NCBI GenBank assembly: GCA_963716255.1
Contig: OY970303.1
Coordinates: 2,144,001-2,208,000, forward strand
Direction of reading: 5' to 3'
Length of the DNA: 64,000 nucleotides
Origin: an uncultured Gemmatimonadales bacterium
GTDB lineage: Bacteria; Gemmatimonadota; Gemmatimonadetes; Longimicrobiales; Longimicrobiaceae
Each line of letters starts with the position of its first letter. Positions within the stretch are counted from its first letter, which is position 1. The translations under genes and the position numbers were made by a program. The notes beneath the pieces were generated by a model. The model made no database searches and was not told the origin of the DNA. It saw nothing but the letters and a program-made list of their open reading frames with translations. This document shows, in pieces, positions 53,483-63,160 of this stretch.

Positions 53483-54438
53483 GCGGCCCCGCCCGCGCCG
53501 TCCGCCCAGCCGGGGCCGAGCGCTTCCAGCTGGAGCACGTAGCTCGCGCGCGTCCGCCGGAAGCGGCGCCGGAGCCGCGCCACCACCTCCTCCGGCGCGC
53601 ACTCCAGCAGGTCGTCCACGTCCCGGTTCCACGGAAACCACCGCCGCCGGTCGGCGCGCTCCGCGTACCCCCGCCGGTACGCGTCCCCCGGCGCGACCGC
53701 CGGCACGCCCGCGCGCTCCGCCAGGTCCTCGCGCACGAAGAAGGCGTTGTTGTATTCCAGCCCCTCCAGGCGGTAGCCCGCCGCGCCCAGCACGTCCCAC
53801 GCCGCGGCGAGCGAGCAGCCGTAGCAGTGTCCCTCGTCCCAGCGGTGGTCGGGCGAGTAGCGGAGCGCGAAGCGGACGGGCGGCGGGACCTTCTCGTTGA
53901 TCTCCAGGTCCACCACCAGCGGGCGGAAGGCCCGGAGGATCGCCCCGGCCACCGCCAGGTCGTACGAGTCCAGGTCCAGGTTGAGCGCGGTGAACTCCGC
54001 CGGAACGCCGTGCTCCCCCAGCAGCGCCGCCACGCCGTGCGGGGTCACGCGCTCGCGGCAGAGCCTCACCCGCCCCAGGGGCCGGTACGCGTGCGCCAGC
54101 AGGGCGAAGCGGGCGGGGTCGCACTCCACGGCGAGACCGCTCCACCCGTGGTCGCGGAAGAGCGGGAGCGTACAGGAGGAGGTGACGCCGTCGCCGGCCG
54201 CCAGGTCCACGGCGAAGCCCCCGTCCGCCACCCCCAGGCGCTCCAGCAGCCCGCGCAGGTGCGTCCACTCGCGGGCGTACGACGGGTCCGGCGTCCCCGC
54301 GGCGGCGGCGTGCCGGGCCAGGCGGGCCGGGGTGAGGCGGCGGTCCCGGGCCCGCGCCAGGGCGCGGCCGCCGCGGCTGAGGCGCAGCGTCCGCCAGAGG
54401 CGGTACGCCCCGGGGTGCCGGTCGAAGAACGCGGGCAT
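53479..54438 (-). CDS. FkbM-like putative methyltransferase
   Basis: FAVDLAAGDGVTSS, GLAVECDP, LNLDLDSYDL, VVDLEINEKVPP, YGCSLAA..GYRL. Confidence 0.7.
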   Translation of the reverse strand: MPAFFDRHPGAYRLWRTLRLSRGGRALARARDRRLTPARLARHAAAAGTPDPSYAREWTHLRGLLERLGVADGGFAVDLAAGDGVTSSCTLPLFRDHGWSGLAVECDPARFALLAHAYRPLGRVRLCRERVTPHGVAALLGEHGVPAEFTALNLDLDSYDLAVAGAILRAFRPLVVDLEINEKVPPPVRFALRYSPDHRWDEGHCYGCSLAAAWDVLGAAGYRLEGLEYNNAFFVREDLAERAGVPAVAPGDAYRRGYAERADRRRWFPWNRDVDDLLECAPEEVVARLRRRFRRTRASYVLQLEALGPGWADGAGGAA

Positions 54439-54492
54439 GGGCCAGGCGGGCACGGGTGCGGGTGCGGGGTGCCTCCGGGGGTCCTCACTGGA

Positions 54493-54518
54493 AATCCGCG
54501 GGACGCGCGCAGGGTTCC
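54493..54518 (-). promoter_or_regulatory. Putative ECF-type promoter of the FkbM-like/nucleotidyltransferase operon
   Basis: Minus strand GGAAC-N15-CGGATT, about 55 nt upstream of ATG 54438. Confidence 0.6.
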
Positions 54519-54538
54519 AGGCGCGGGAACGGCAATGC

Positions 54539-54576
54539 GAAACGCCCCGACGCCGGATCCGGCGTCGGGGCTTTCG
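54539..54576 (-). terminator. Hairpin repeat / likely intrinsic terminator
   Basis: gaaacgccccgacgccggatccggcgtcggggctttcg is a near-perfect stem just downstream of the gene ending at 54621. Confidence 0.6.
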
Positions 54577-54620
54577 TCGAGCTGCATCGGCGAGCGGCGC
54601 GGGCTCGCCGACCCGGTGGA

Positions 54621-55004
54621 TCAGCTACGCCGCCCGAGCGCCACGGGGAGTCCGTCCCGGACGCGCACCTGCCACACGACGTAGTCGTCGCGCTCGAGCA
54701 GGTACTCGGCGATGAACGTGGGACGGTCCTCCTCCCTGGAAAAGACCAGGCTGTTCACTTCCCAGCGGCGGCTCCCCCACAGGTCCAGGTACGGCTCGCG
54801 GGCCGTGGCCAGGAAGGCCTCGATCCGCGCCAGGAGCCCGTCCAGGTCGCCGAGCTCCCGCACGGCGAGGGCTTCGCAGTCGGGATCGGGCACGTCCTCG
54901 AAGAAATCCCCGAGAATGGAGACCTCGTGGCCCCCGGGCGTCCTGCCGATCCAGACACCTTCCCCGGTGATGAAGCGAAGCGGGCCGAGCGTGGGGTGGT
55001 CCAC
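54621..55004 (-). CDS. Hypothetical protein (127 aa, acidic)
   Basis: Protein-like composition; starts 3 nt after the upstream stop; no recognised motif. Confidence 0.7.
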   Translation of the reverse strand: MDHPTLGPLRFITGEGVWIGRTPGGHEVSILGDFFEDVPDPDCEALAVRELGDLDGLLARIEAFLATAREPYLDLWGSRRWEVNSLVFSREEDRPTFIAEYLLERDDYVVWQVRVRDGLPVALGRRS

Positions 55005-55006
55005 GG

Positions 55007-55444
55007 CTACGCGCGCGGGCGAGAGTTTGGATGCTTGATGCGATCCCCCATCCGGATCGCCAGCCAGGCCATGGGCAGGTACGCGGCCGCCAGGTCCAGC
55101 GCGATGAACCAGGCCGGGGCGGGAATCATGAAGCTCGCCGCCACGCCGCCGCAGAGAAAGAACGCGCCCACCACGAAGGCGATCTGCGTCCGGTAGCTCG
55201 CCGCGATCAGGTACGCGGCGAGCGCGCCGGCAAACGTACCGAGCGCGTGCGCCAGGAACGGCATGACGAAGTGCCGCGGCTGGAAAAGGTGCATGGACCG
55301 GCTCAGGCTCTCGGGGTCGTTCACGTCCACGCCCGCAGGCAGAGGAACGAGCGAGGGGCCGAGCGTGATCAGCGCCATGTTGACGGCGCCGCCGACGACG
55401 ATTCCCGCGAGGAGGGCGAGCGCGTTTCGCAGCAGGTTGGACAT
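55007..55444 (-). CDS. Hypothetical 4-TM membrane protein
   Basis: GGAG RBS; four hydrophobic helices; PFLAHALGT, PAWF..DL..AYLPMA. Confidence 0.85.
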   Translation of the reverse strand: MSNLLRNALALLAGIVVGGAVNMALITLGPSLVPLPAGVDVNDPESLSRSMHLFQPRHFVMPFLAHALGTFAGALAAYLIAASYRTQIAFVVGAFFLCGGVAASFMIPAPAWFIALDLAAAYLPMAWLAIRMGDRIKHPNSRPRA

Positions 55445-55653
55445 GGACGATTCTCCGGAGATGCGTGACGACCGGGCCCGGCGGCGGCGGGTCCGGGCCT
55501 CAGGAGCCTTCGCTCGCGAGCAGCGCCTGCAGCCGGTCGAGGACCTGCTCGTTGGCGGTCGTGCTCAGGGGGCGCATCCTGGCGACGACCTCGGGTCGTT
55601 CGCTCCGGACATCGGCAGCTCCCTCGGGGAAGTGGATGTGGACGGCGCGCCCG

Positions 55654-56886
<1,233 letters not shown>

Positions 56887-56990
56887 CGGACCCAAGATTG
56901 ACCGGGGACCTCCACTTCGCAGCCCGCCGCAATCTGCGCCCCCCTCTCCCCTGCCCACAAGGCGGACGGCTCCGCTCGCGACCGCGGCAC

Positions 56991-57027
56991 GAAGGCCCCG
57001 ATGCCGGGCGCGGCGTCGGGGCCTTCG
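56991..57027 (-). terminator. Hairpin repeat / terminator-like
   Basis: gaaggccccgatgccgggcgcggcgtcggggccttcg, just downstream of the VOC gene stop. Confidence 0.55.
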
Positions 57028-57055
57028 CGATCGGGCGGCGCGGCCGGCGCGCCGC

Positions 57056-57451
57056 TCAGCCGGCAGCCGGGCGGCCCCCGAAGCAGACGACGTAGCCATC
57101 GGGGTCCTCGACGTAGAAGTCCCTGGTCCCCCACGGCGTATCCGCGAGCGGCTGGATGATCGTCGCGCCGCTCGCCGCGCAGTGCGCATAGAACGCCTCG
57201 ATGCCGTCCACGCCGGCCGCGGCGTCCAGGTGCCCGTTCGCCCGCCGGTGCCGCCGCTCCTCGTCGTTCCTGGGCGCTTCCTTGAGGTGCAGCTCCAGCC
57301 CGTCCAGCCGACCGATCGCGTAGAACCCGTCCCACGGCTCGCCGAAGGTGAAGCCGAGCTTACGGTAGTAGGCCATCGCGCGATCCAGGTCGTCCACCAG
57401 GAACTGTGGAGCGAGCGACGTGAGCCGCGGCTTCGTTGTCGGGGTCGTCAT
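57056..57451 (-). CDS. VOC / glyoxalase / bleomycin-resistance family protein
   Basis: VDDLDRAMAYY..LGF, DTPWGTRDFYVEDPDGY. Confidence 0.9.
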   Translation of the reverse strand: MTTPTTKPRLTSLAPQFLVDDLDRAMAYYRKLGFTFGEPWDGFYAIGRLDGLELHLKEAPRNDEERRHRRANGHLDAAAGVDGIEAFYAHCAASGATIIQPLADTPWGTRDFYVEDPDGYVVCFGGRPAAG

Positions 57452-57466
57452 CAGGAATGCTCCCGG

Positions 57467-58768
57467 TCAGCGTGCACCCTCGTCCACCCGGTAGTAGGGG
57501 ACGACGAGCGGCGGATTGGTGGTGCCGTCGACCAGGGCGATGGCGCGCTTCCACACCCGGCTGCCGGGAAGCCACTCGTCGTACAGCCGGACGTGGTAGC
57601 GGTCCGGCGCCTGGGGACGCGGGTCCGGCGCGAGCGTGAGCACGCCGTCCCGCAGCGTGAACCGGCCCCCGCCGGCCATCGTGGACGTCCGCTCCATGAC
57701 GCCCACGCCCGCGCGGGTCCCCAGGTCGCGGTCGTAGCGGCCGTCGGTCCGGAAAGTGAGCTGCTGCAGGCCGGCGCTCGCGGTGTAGCGCCACGTGCCG
57801 ACGAGGGAGCGCATCAGCGCCTGCCCCCCGTCCGAGGTCCAGCCGGCGGGGCGCAGGCTGTGGAAGAGCCGCTCGAAGCTCGCGTCGTCCAGCAGGCAGC
57901 GGGCGATGCTCCCCATCCCCCAGACCACGTGCACGCGGCCCGGGCCGGCGGGCAGGACCATCGCCATCGCGTTCACGGCCTGGCGCCGGCCGCCCAGCTC
58001 TCCCTCGAACGCGGCCCGGTACCAGACGTACGGCCACCCCGCGGCGCTCGTTCCGCGCATCGCGTAGTGCCAGTCGTCCAGCCTGCGCCACCCGGCGACC
58101 ACCGACTGGAGGAGCGCCGCCTCGGCGTCCGCCTCCAAGTTTCCCGTCGCCGGGCGCGGCGCGGCGATCCCGTAGATGCACGGAGTCCGCTCGCCAGGGT
58201 CGGCGGGCGCGAGGATGACCACGTCTCCGCTGCGCTGCTGCACGTACCCGGGCGGCACGTCGAAGCCGAGCTCACCGGCGGGCGCCCCCGGGGTGGGCGG
58301 ATTCGCCTCCGGACGCAGGGTGCTGACGAAGGCGTCCAGCTCGGCCTGCCGCTGCGCTCCGTTCGCCATTCCCACGATGCCGAGCGCGCGGCCCCGCCAG
58401 AGGACCGCCATGACCACGACGCGCGCCGTCGTGCCCTGGGACGCCACCTGCCTGGAGCCCATGGCGAGGGTCGCGTCGCCCTCGCGCCGGAGGGTGGGCC
58501 GCGGCGGGGGTCCGGCGATGACCTGCGTGGCGTGGACGCGCCACAGGTCGGCGAAGACCTGGTCCGCGGCGCGGGCGGTCGGCTCGCTCGGGAGCAGCTT
58601 GATGAGGCCGGCGCCGCCCGGCTCGTCGCGCACGTACTGCCGTCCGCCCTCGGCGTGCGACACCAGCCAGCCGGAAGGCGGGGTGAAGGCGACGTACTCG
58701 AAGCCGTCGAGGACACGGGTGCCGCCGAGCGCGAGCGCGCCCGCCAGAAGTCCGCCCAGCATCCACAT
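57467..58768 (-). CDS. Hypothetical secreted protein (433 aa)
   Basis: GGAGG RBS, signal-like N-terminus; two internal F-x-x-P-x-G-W/Y domain starts; C-terminal LVGTW..LTFRTDGRY beta-domain. Confidence 0.75.
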   Translation of the reverse strand: MWMLGGLLAGALALGGTRVLDGFEYVAFTPPSGWLVSHAEGGRQYVRDEPGGAGLIKLLPSEPTARAADQVFADLWRVHATQVIAGPPPRPTLRREGDATLAMGSRQVASQGTTARVVVMAVLWRGRALGIVGMANGAQRQAELDAFVSTLRPEANPPTPGAPAGELGFDVPPGYVQQRSGDVVILAPADPGERTPCIYGIAAPRPATGNLEADAEAALLQSVVAGWRRLDDWHYAMRGTSAAGWPYVWYRAAFEGELGGRRQAVNAMAMVLPAGPGRVHVVWGMGSIARCLLDDASFERLFHSLRPAGWTSDGGQALMRSLVGTWRYTASAGLQQLTFRTDGRYDRDLGTRAGVGVMERTSTMAGGGRFTLRDGVLTLAPDPRPQAPDRYHVRLYDEWLPGSRVWKRAIALVDGTTNPPLVVPYYRVDEGAR

Positions 58769-58856
58769 GCTGCCTCCCGGGCTGCAGGTTTCGACCCGGC
58801 GGGATCCACCTGCTCGATTGTACCGATCGCCCCTGGGACATTCAAGATCCTTCGGC

Positions 58857-59327
58857 TCACCCGGCCGTGGCCGTGCCGGCGCGGGAAGCGTGGGGCGGGT
58901 GGTCGGGCTCCTGGCGCGCGGCGCCCCGCCACCGGTCGCCCGGGGCCTTCACGTAGCTGGCCGCCACGTACCCCCAGGGCATCGCGAGGGGAATCAGCAC
59001 GAGCCCCATCAGGTTGGCGAACATCGTTTCCGCGTTGGCCGCGTCCATCCCGCCGGCCAGCCAGAGCGGGAGCCCGACGCCGGCGATCCACAGGGCCTTC
59101 CACAGGAGCTCGAAGAAGAGCAGCGGCAGCATCCGGAGCGGATACCGGATCCCCAGGATCGCCAGCAGCGAAACCGCCGCCAGCACGCTCCGGACGACCC
59201 CCTTCATGTGCTCCACCCCCTCCGGCGAGCGGAGGTAGGCGGGCCAGATCGTCAGTGCGAGCCCCACGGCGATGAACAGGTACATGGCTCGCAGCACGTA
59301 CAGCCGAGCTACGGAGACGTCCTTCAT
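58857..59327 (-). CDS. Hypothetical membrane protein
   Basis: GGGAG RBS; four TM segments; LGIRYPLRMLPLLFFELLWK. Confidence 0.85.
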   Translation of the reverse strand: MKDVSVARLYVLRAMYLFIAVGLALTIWPAYLRSPEGVEHMKGVVRSVLAAVSLLAILGIRYPLRMLPLLFFELLWKALWIAGVGLPLWLAGGMDAANAETMFANLMGLVLIPLAMPWGYVAASYVKAPGDRWRGAARQEPDHPPHASRAGTATAG

Positions 59328-59471
59328 GATGCACTCCCTCGCCCCGTGTCCGGTGGGACCGGGCGATGCGTCGCGGTGAAGATCACGGGGTGTGGGGCGG
59401 CATTGCCCCGGTCACCCGGGACCGGCTCGATCCGGACCCGCGGATGGCGGCCCGCCATCCCTCCTCCAGGC

Positions 59472-59696
59472 TCACGCTTCGCCGGCCTCCCGGGCCGGCG
59501 TGAACTCGATCAGGTCGCCCGGCTGGCATTCCAGCGCCTCGCAGATGGCCTCCAGCGTGGAGAAGCGGATCGCGCGGGCCTTCCCGGTCTTCAGGATCGA
59601 AAGGTTCGCGAGCGTGATCCCGATCCTTTCCGACAGCTCGGTCAGCGTCATGCGACGCGCGTAGAGGACGTCGTCCAGTTTGACGATGATCGGCAT
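59472..59696 (-). CDS. XRE/Cro family HTH regulator (YozG-like)
   Basis: MPIIVKLDDVL..MTLTELSERIGITLANLSILKTGKARAIRFSTLEAICEALECQPGDL. Confidence 0.93.
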   Translation of the reverse strand: MPIIVKLDDVLYARRMTLTELSERIGITLANLSILKTGKARAIRFSTLEAICEALECQPGDLIEFTPAREAGEA

Positions 59697-59698
59697 GG

Positions 59699-60223
59699 TC
59701 AGACCGTCCCCTCCAGCTCCTCGCGCATCCGCGCGCCCTGCTCGAACACGCGCGCGAGAACGAAGAGCAGCAGCACGGCGAGCCACCTCGTCACGGAAAA
59801 GCTCCAGTCCAGGTCGAGCGGCTGCACGTCCGTGGCTGCGCCGGCCGCCACGGCCCCGACCGCTAGGTGCAGGAGCTCCAGTCCCAGCACCGCCCAGGCG
59901 ATCGTCCTGAGCCGCGCCGCGTTCCGGGAAACGAACGGGTCCCCGGCGCTCACCGTCTCCACGATCCACAGCAGGCGCGACAGGACGACGTGCGCGAGCG
60001 GAACCGCGGCGATCCCGAGGACCATGATCATGCGCATCCCGAAGACCAGGGCCGGCCCTCCGCCGGTGGAGCGCACACCCAGCGCTTCCATGACGAAGCC
60101 CTCTGCTGCCAGGCTGGCGACCAGCAGCGCCGTGATCAGAAAGCCCGCCAGGAGATTCACACCCATCAGCACCCGGAGAACTCTCCGTGTGACCAGCAGG
60201 TCATCTGCGTGTGCCCGGGGCAT
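59699..60223 (-). CDS. DUF2975 family membrane protein
   Basis: GDPFVSRNAARLRTIAW, LARVFEQGARMREELEGTV; directly upstream of the XRE gene, the usual pairing. Confidence 0.9.
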   Translation of the reverse strand: MPRAHADDLLVTRRVLRVLMGVNLLAGFLITALLVASLAAEGFVMEALGVRSTGGGPALVFGMRMIMVLGIAAVPLAHVVLSRLLWIVETVSAGDPFVSRNAARLRTIAWAVLGLELLHLAVGAVAAGAATDVQPLDLDWSFSVTRWLAVLLLFVLARVFEQGARMREELEGTV

Positions 60224-60261
60224 CGGCGATTCCTCGGTTGATGGAAGACCAGCCAGCTTTG

Positions 60262-60300
60262 TTACTGATAAACAATAATATGCATATCGATCATCGTCAA
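60262..60300 (-). promoter_or_regulatory. sigma70 promoter with overlapping palindromic operator for DUF2975-XRE
   Basis: Minus strand TTGACG-N17-TATTGT (60300-60272); imperfect palindrome ttactg-ataaa-caataa (60262-60278) overlaps the -10. Confidence 0.7.
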
Positions 60301-60518
60301 TCATATTATCGCAAATCAGGATGCCAGCCGGGCAGGCGAGGTGGGGAGGGGATCCCCGGCGGGTGCTTCACCGCCTGCATCCCTCGCATCATAGCGCGAT
60401 GGCCCCGACACCGGTTCCGGTGTCGGGGCCATCATCCCGCAGGTCCTACCCCCATGTCTTCGCCGGCCAGGTGGGCCGGCCAAGAGGCTGCCCCCGGTGA
60501 CATCGGGGCGCTCGTCCG

Positions 60519-61226
60519 TCACCGGGGCTCTTCGACCCGTGCTCGCACCTCCGCGCCCATTCGCAGCAGCGCCTCGCCCACCTCCTGGCTCACGCCCCGG
60601 AGGAAGACGAAGGTGACGCGTGGGGGCGCCCCGTCGCACGGGTTCTGGAGCGCCGCGCGCAGGACCCGCTCCGCCCGGAGCTTCATGCCGCGCTTCTTCC
60701 GCGCGGGCCGGCCCACCCAGGCCGAGCTCCCGGTGCCGAACGCCTTCGCGCGCGAGACGACGTGCCAGTGGCGGCCGCCGCCCGTGACGATGGGCACCTG
60801 GACCGCGCGCGGACGTCCGTCGAGCGGGAAACGGCGGTCCAGCTCGACGGGCTCGGCCTCGAGCGGCGCCATCCCGACGAGGGACGCCCGGATCAACCCG
60901 GCCGCGCGCGGCGCGAAGTCGAGCAGCGCGCGCTCGAGCGCCGCTGGCGCGGCGACCCGCTCCTCGGTGTCCCCGTCCACGAGGTTCCACGGGGGGCCCC
61001 AGGTGAAACGCCACGTCTCGAGCCAGCGCTCCCCGACGCGGATCCTCACCACCCGCTCGTTGTGATGCGAGCTGATGCGCGTGTTCTCGAAGCCGCGGCC
61101 TGCCAGGTGTGCGGAAAAGAGGGCGTGGATCTCGTTGGCGTACGGAGCGTCGCCGTCCTGAAGGCCGAACTTGGAGAACAGGTCGTTGAACACCCACGTG
61201 TGGGCGTGCGTCCGGGATCTGGCCAT
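60519..61226 (-). CDS. Hypothetical protein (~235 aa)
   Basis: ATG 61226 just after the upstream gene; protein-like sequence (WVFNDLFSKFGLQDGD..ISSHHNERV); no recognised family. Confidence 0.6.
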   Translation of the reverse strand: MARSRTHAHTWVFNDLFSKFGLQDGDAPYANEIHALFSAHLAGRGFENTRISSHHNERVVRIRVGERWLETWRFTWGPPWNLVDGDTEERVAAPAALERALLDFAPRAAGLIRASLVGMAPLEAEPVELDRRFPLDGRPRAVQVPIVTGGGRHWHVVSRAKAFGTGSSAWVGRPARKKRGMKLRAERVLRAALQNPCDGAPPRVTFVFLRGVSQEVGEALLRMGAEVRARVEEPR

Positions 61227-61261
61227 TGCGGTCGGTCGGGAGGAGAGCCCGGTCCTGCTTC

Positions 61262-61900
61262 TCAGTACGTGTAAAGCACGACCGGCTCCCCGCGCCCGGC
61301 CGCGTGCCGGGCGACGCCGCGTGCCTCCTCGATCTCCGGACGCAGGAAATCCAGGAAAGGTCCGTGCTCCAGGAGGAGCGGCGTCCCACGGAACAGCCGC
61401 TCGAATTCGCCGGCGGAAAGGGTGTACGTCGGCTCTCGATCTCCGTTCCCGCGTAGGGTGGGAACGATTTCCGGGATCACCGAATCCAGCACGGGGGGCG
61501 AGTACGGGACCCGCCGCCGGCGCTCCTCCCACTGCGCTTCCTCGAGCCTCCGGACGACCAGCTCGTCGTGGACGGACTCGACCATCCGGGGCTCTCCGCG
61601 CCAGCGGAAGTACCCCGCGTCGCTCTGCCACGTCTTTCCGTCCGCGTAGATCCGCCACACCTCGTAAAGGGTCGGAAGGACCTCGTCGGCGGCCGCGAGC
61701 CTGTCGATCGCCGACTCCCACCAGCGGGAGAATTCCGCACCATCCACTTCCGCGTCGTCGGGCAGGTGCCTGAACGGGTTGTCCAGGCCCCGGCTCTCCA
61801 GGACCCCCAGGACATCGTCCCAGAAGAGCGTGGTGAAGCGCGAGGAGGCGGCGAATTCCTCGCCCCTGCACGCGCAGCGAAAGCAGATGTGCCGCGACAC
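61262..61900 (-). CDS. Hypothetical protein (~212 aa)
   Basis: Protein-like composition unlike the shadow ORFs; GTG start uncertain. Confidence 0.6.
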   Translation of the reverse strand: MSRHICFRCACRGEEFAASSRFTTLFWDDVLGVLESRGLDNPFRHLPDDAEVDGAEFSRWWESAIDRLAAADEVLPTLYEVWRIYADGKTWQSDAGYFRWRGEPRMVESVHDELVVRRLEEAQWEERRRRVPYSPPVLDSVIPEIVPTLRGNGDREPTYTLSAGEFERLFRGTPLLLEHGPFLDFLRPEIEEARGVARHAAGRGEPVVLYTY

Positions 61901-62259
61901 GGGACCGGGTGTGAAAGGGCTCGAGAGCGTCCGCCGGCTGATTGCGTACCGTCTTGCGCCTCAAGTTTCGGGCAAGGGAGCCTGGCGCACAACTCTGCCG
62001 GGGACGGACACTCAGGCCGGCGCGGAGCCGCCGGGTCCCGCTGGCCCCGGCCGCCTGCAGTACGCCCGGTGCCCTGCCTGCGACAAAGCGAGTCGAAGAA
62101 CGGCTTCGAGGCCACGCCAGGGTGCGTATGGCTCCAGGACGTTGGCGAATCGCAAATCATCAACGCACCTGTCACCCGCAGCTGCAACGCCACGTTTGGG
62201 CGCAGGCGCAGCGTCGGGGGCCTCGAGCTTCCGGAAGCCCATCGGGGCACGCCGAGCAC

Positions 62260-62652
62260 TCACGTCGCACGGGCGACACGCGTCGGATCCCCGAGCTGTT
62301 CGTTGAGCAGCACGGCTTCGGCCACCAGGCGGCGGAGGATTCCACCCTCGAGCGTCATGCCTTCCCGTAGCTCGATGCTCGCCATCTCGTACTTTCCCCC
62401 GGGCCGAAGTCGCGGCTCGAGCGCACGGAGGCGCTGCCCGCGCCAGAAGCCAAGGAGCAGGCGCGCCTCTTCGGCACGGATGAGCAGTACCGGCCCGTGC
62501 GCGAAGTAGACGAGGTGACCCCACTTGATGACTTCGTCCAGGGCCGCCGCGGCGCGGACCGCCGCTCGGAGCGCCTCGACACCCTCGCGGCGCCAGCCGG
62601 TGAGCGCCGCCACGTACGCGTCGGGGCTCGCTGCGGGAGGAGTCGTCTTCAT
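62260..62652 (-). CDS. DUF1801 (YdhG-like) protein
   Basis: GGAG RBS; PDAYVAAL..LRAAV..LDEVIKWG..Y..LGFWRG. Confidence 0.85.
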   Translation of the reverse strand: MKTTPPAASPDAYVAALTGWRREGVEALRAAVRAAAALDEVIKWGHLVYFAHGPVLLIRAEEARLLLGFWRGQRLRALEPRLRPGGKYEMASIELREGMTLEGGILRRLVAEAVLLNEQLGDPTRVARAT

Positions 62653-63160
62653 CCGCTCTCCTTTGATGCCGTTTGCGGCCGAGCCAGGAATCAGGTAGCC
62701 GCGCCTCGGTCGATAGCGAAAGACCCCGGCGCCGTGTCCCACGTGAGGGCCTTCGCTCGCTCCGCTGGCGCGAGCCTGCGGACTACCGTCGATACAGCGA
62801 GTCGAAGGACGGCACCGAGGCCGCGCACAGGTGCCCCGCTCCTCAAGGAATTGGCAAAGAAGACTTGCCCCTGCACCTGGCATCGATCCCACGGATCGGC
62901 GCTGCATGCCGCGTGACAACAGACCACGAACAGGCAGTGCACCTACTGGCGGGAGCGGCGGAGCGACGTAGTTGCAGCGCGAAAACGGTCGAGATGACTC
63001 TGCGCCAGGGGCATCTCGCTCAAGCCCTGCGCGATCATGTAACCGTCATCATCCTGCGCAATCATCTAGGAACGCCGGTCGACGCCCCGTCGAGGCGCTT
63101 CAACGGACATGGGCCGTCCGGCAATGCACTCCTCTTCCTTGCCGGAGCGGCGCGCGCCGC

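Noticed and set aside
31514..54268. Long N-terminal extensions in the ORF track (e.g. 44384-47809, 39436-42540, 36420-39188, 52196-54268)
   Set aside because: Artefacts of stop-poor GC-rich frames; starts were reassigned to codons overlapping upstream stops or where family similarity begins.
55500..55600. Minus-strand fragment ERPEVVARMRPLSTTANEQVLDRLQALLASEGS*, possibly a C-terminal remnant of an SRPBCC-type gene
   Set aside because: Too short, with no convincing start, to support without a homology search.
62691..62942. 83-aa minus-strand ORF upstream of DUF1801
   Set aside because: No RBS or recognisable motif; probably non-coding or decayed.
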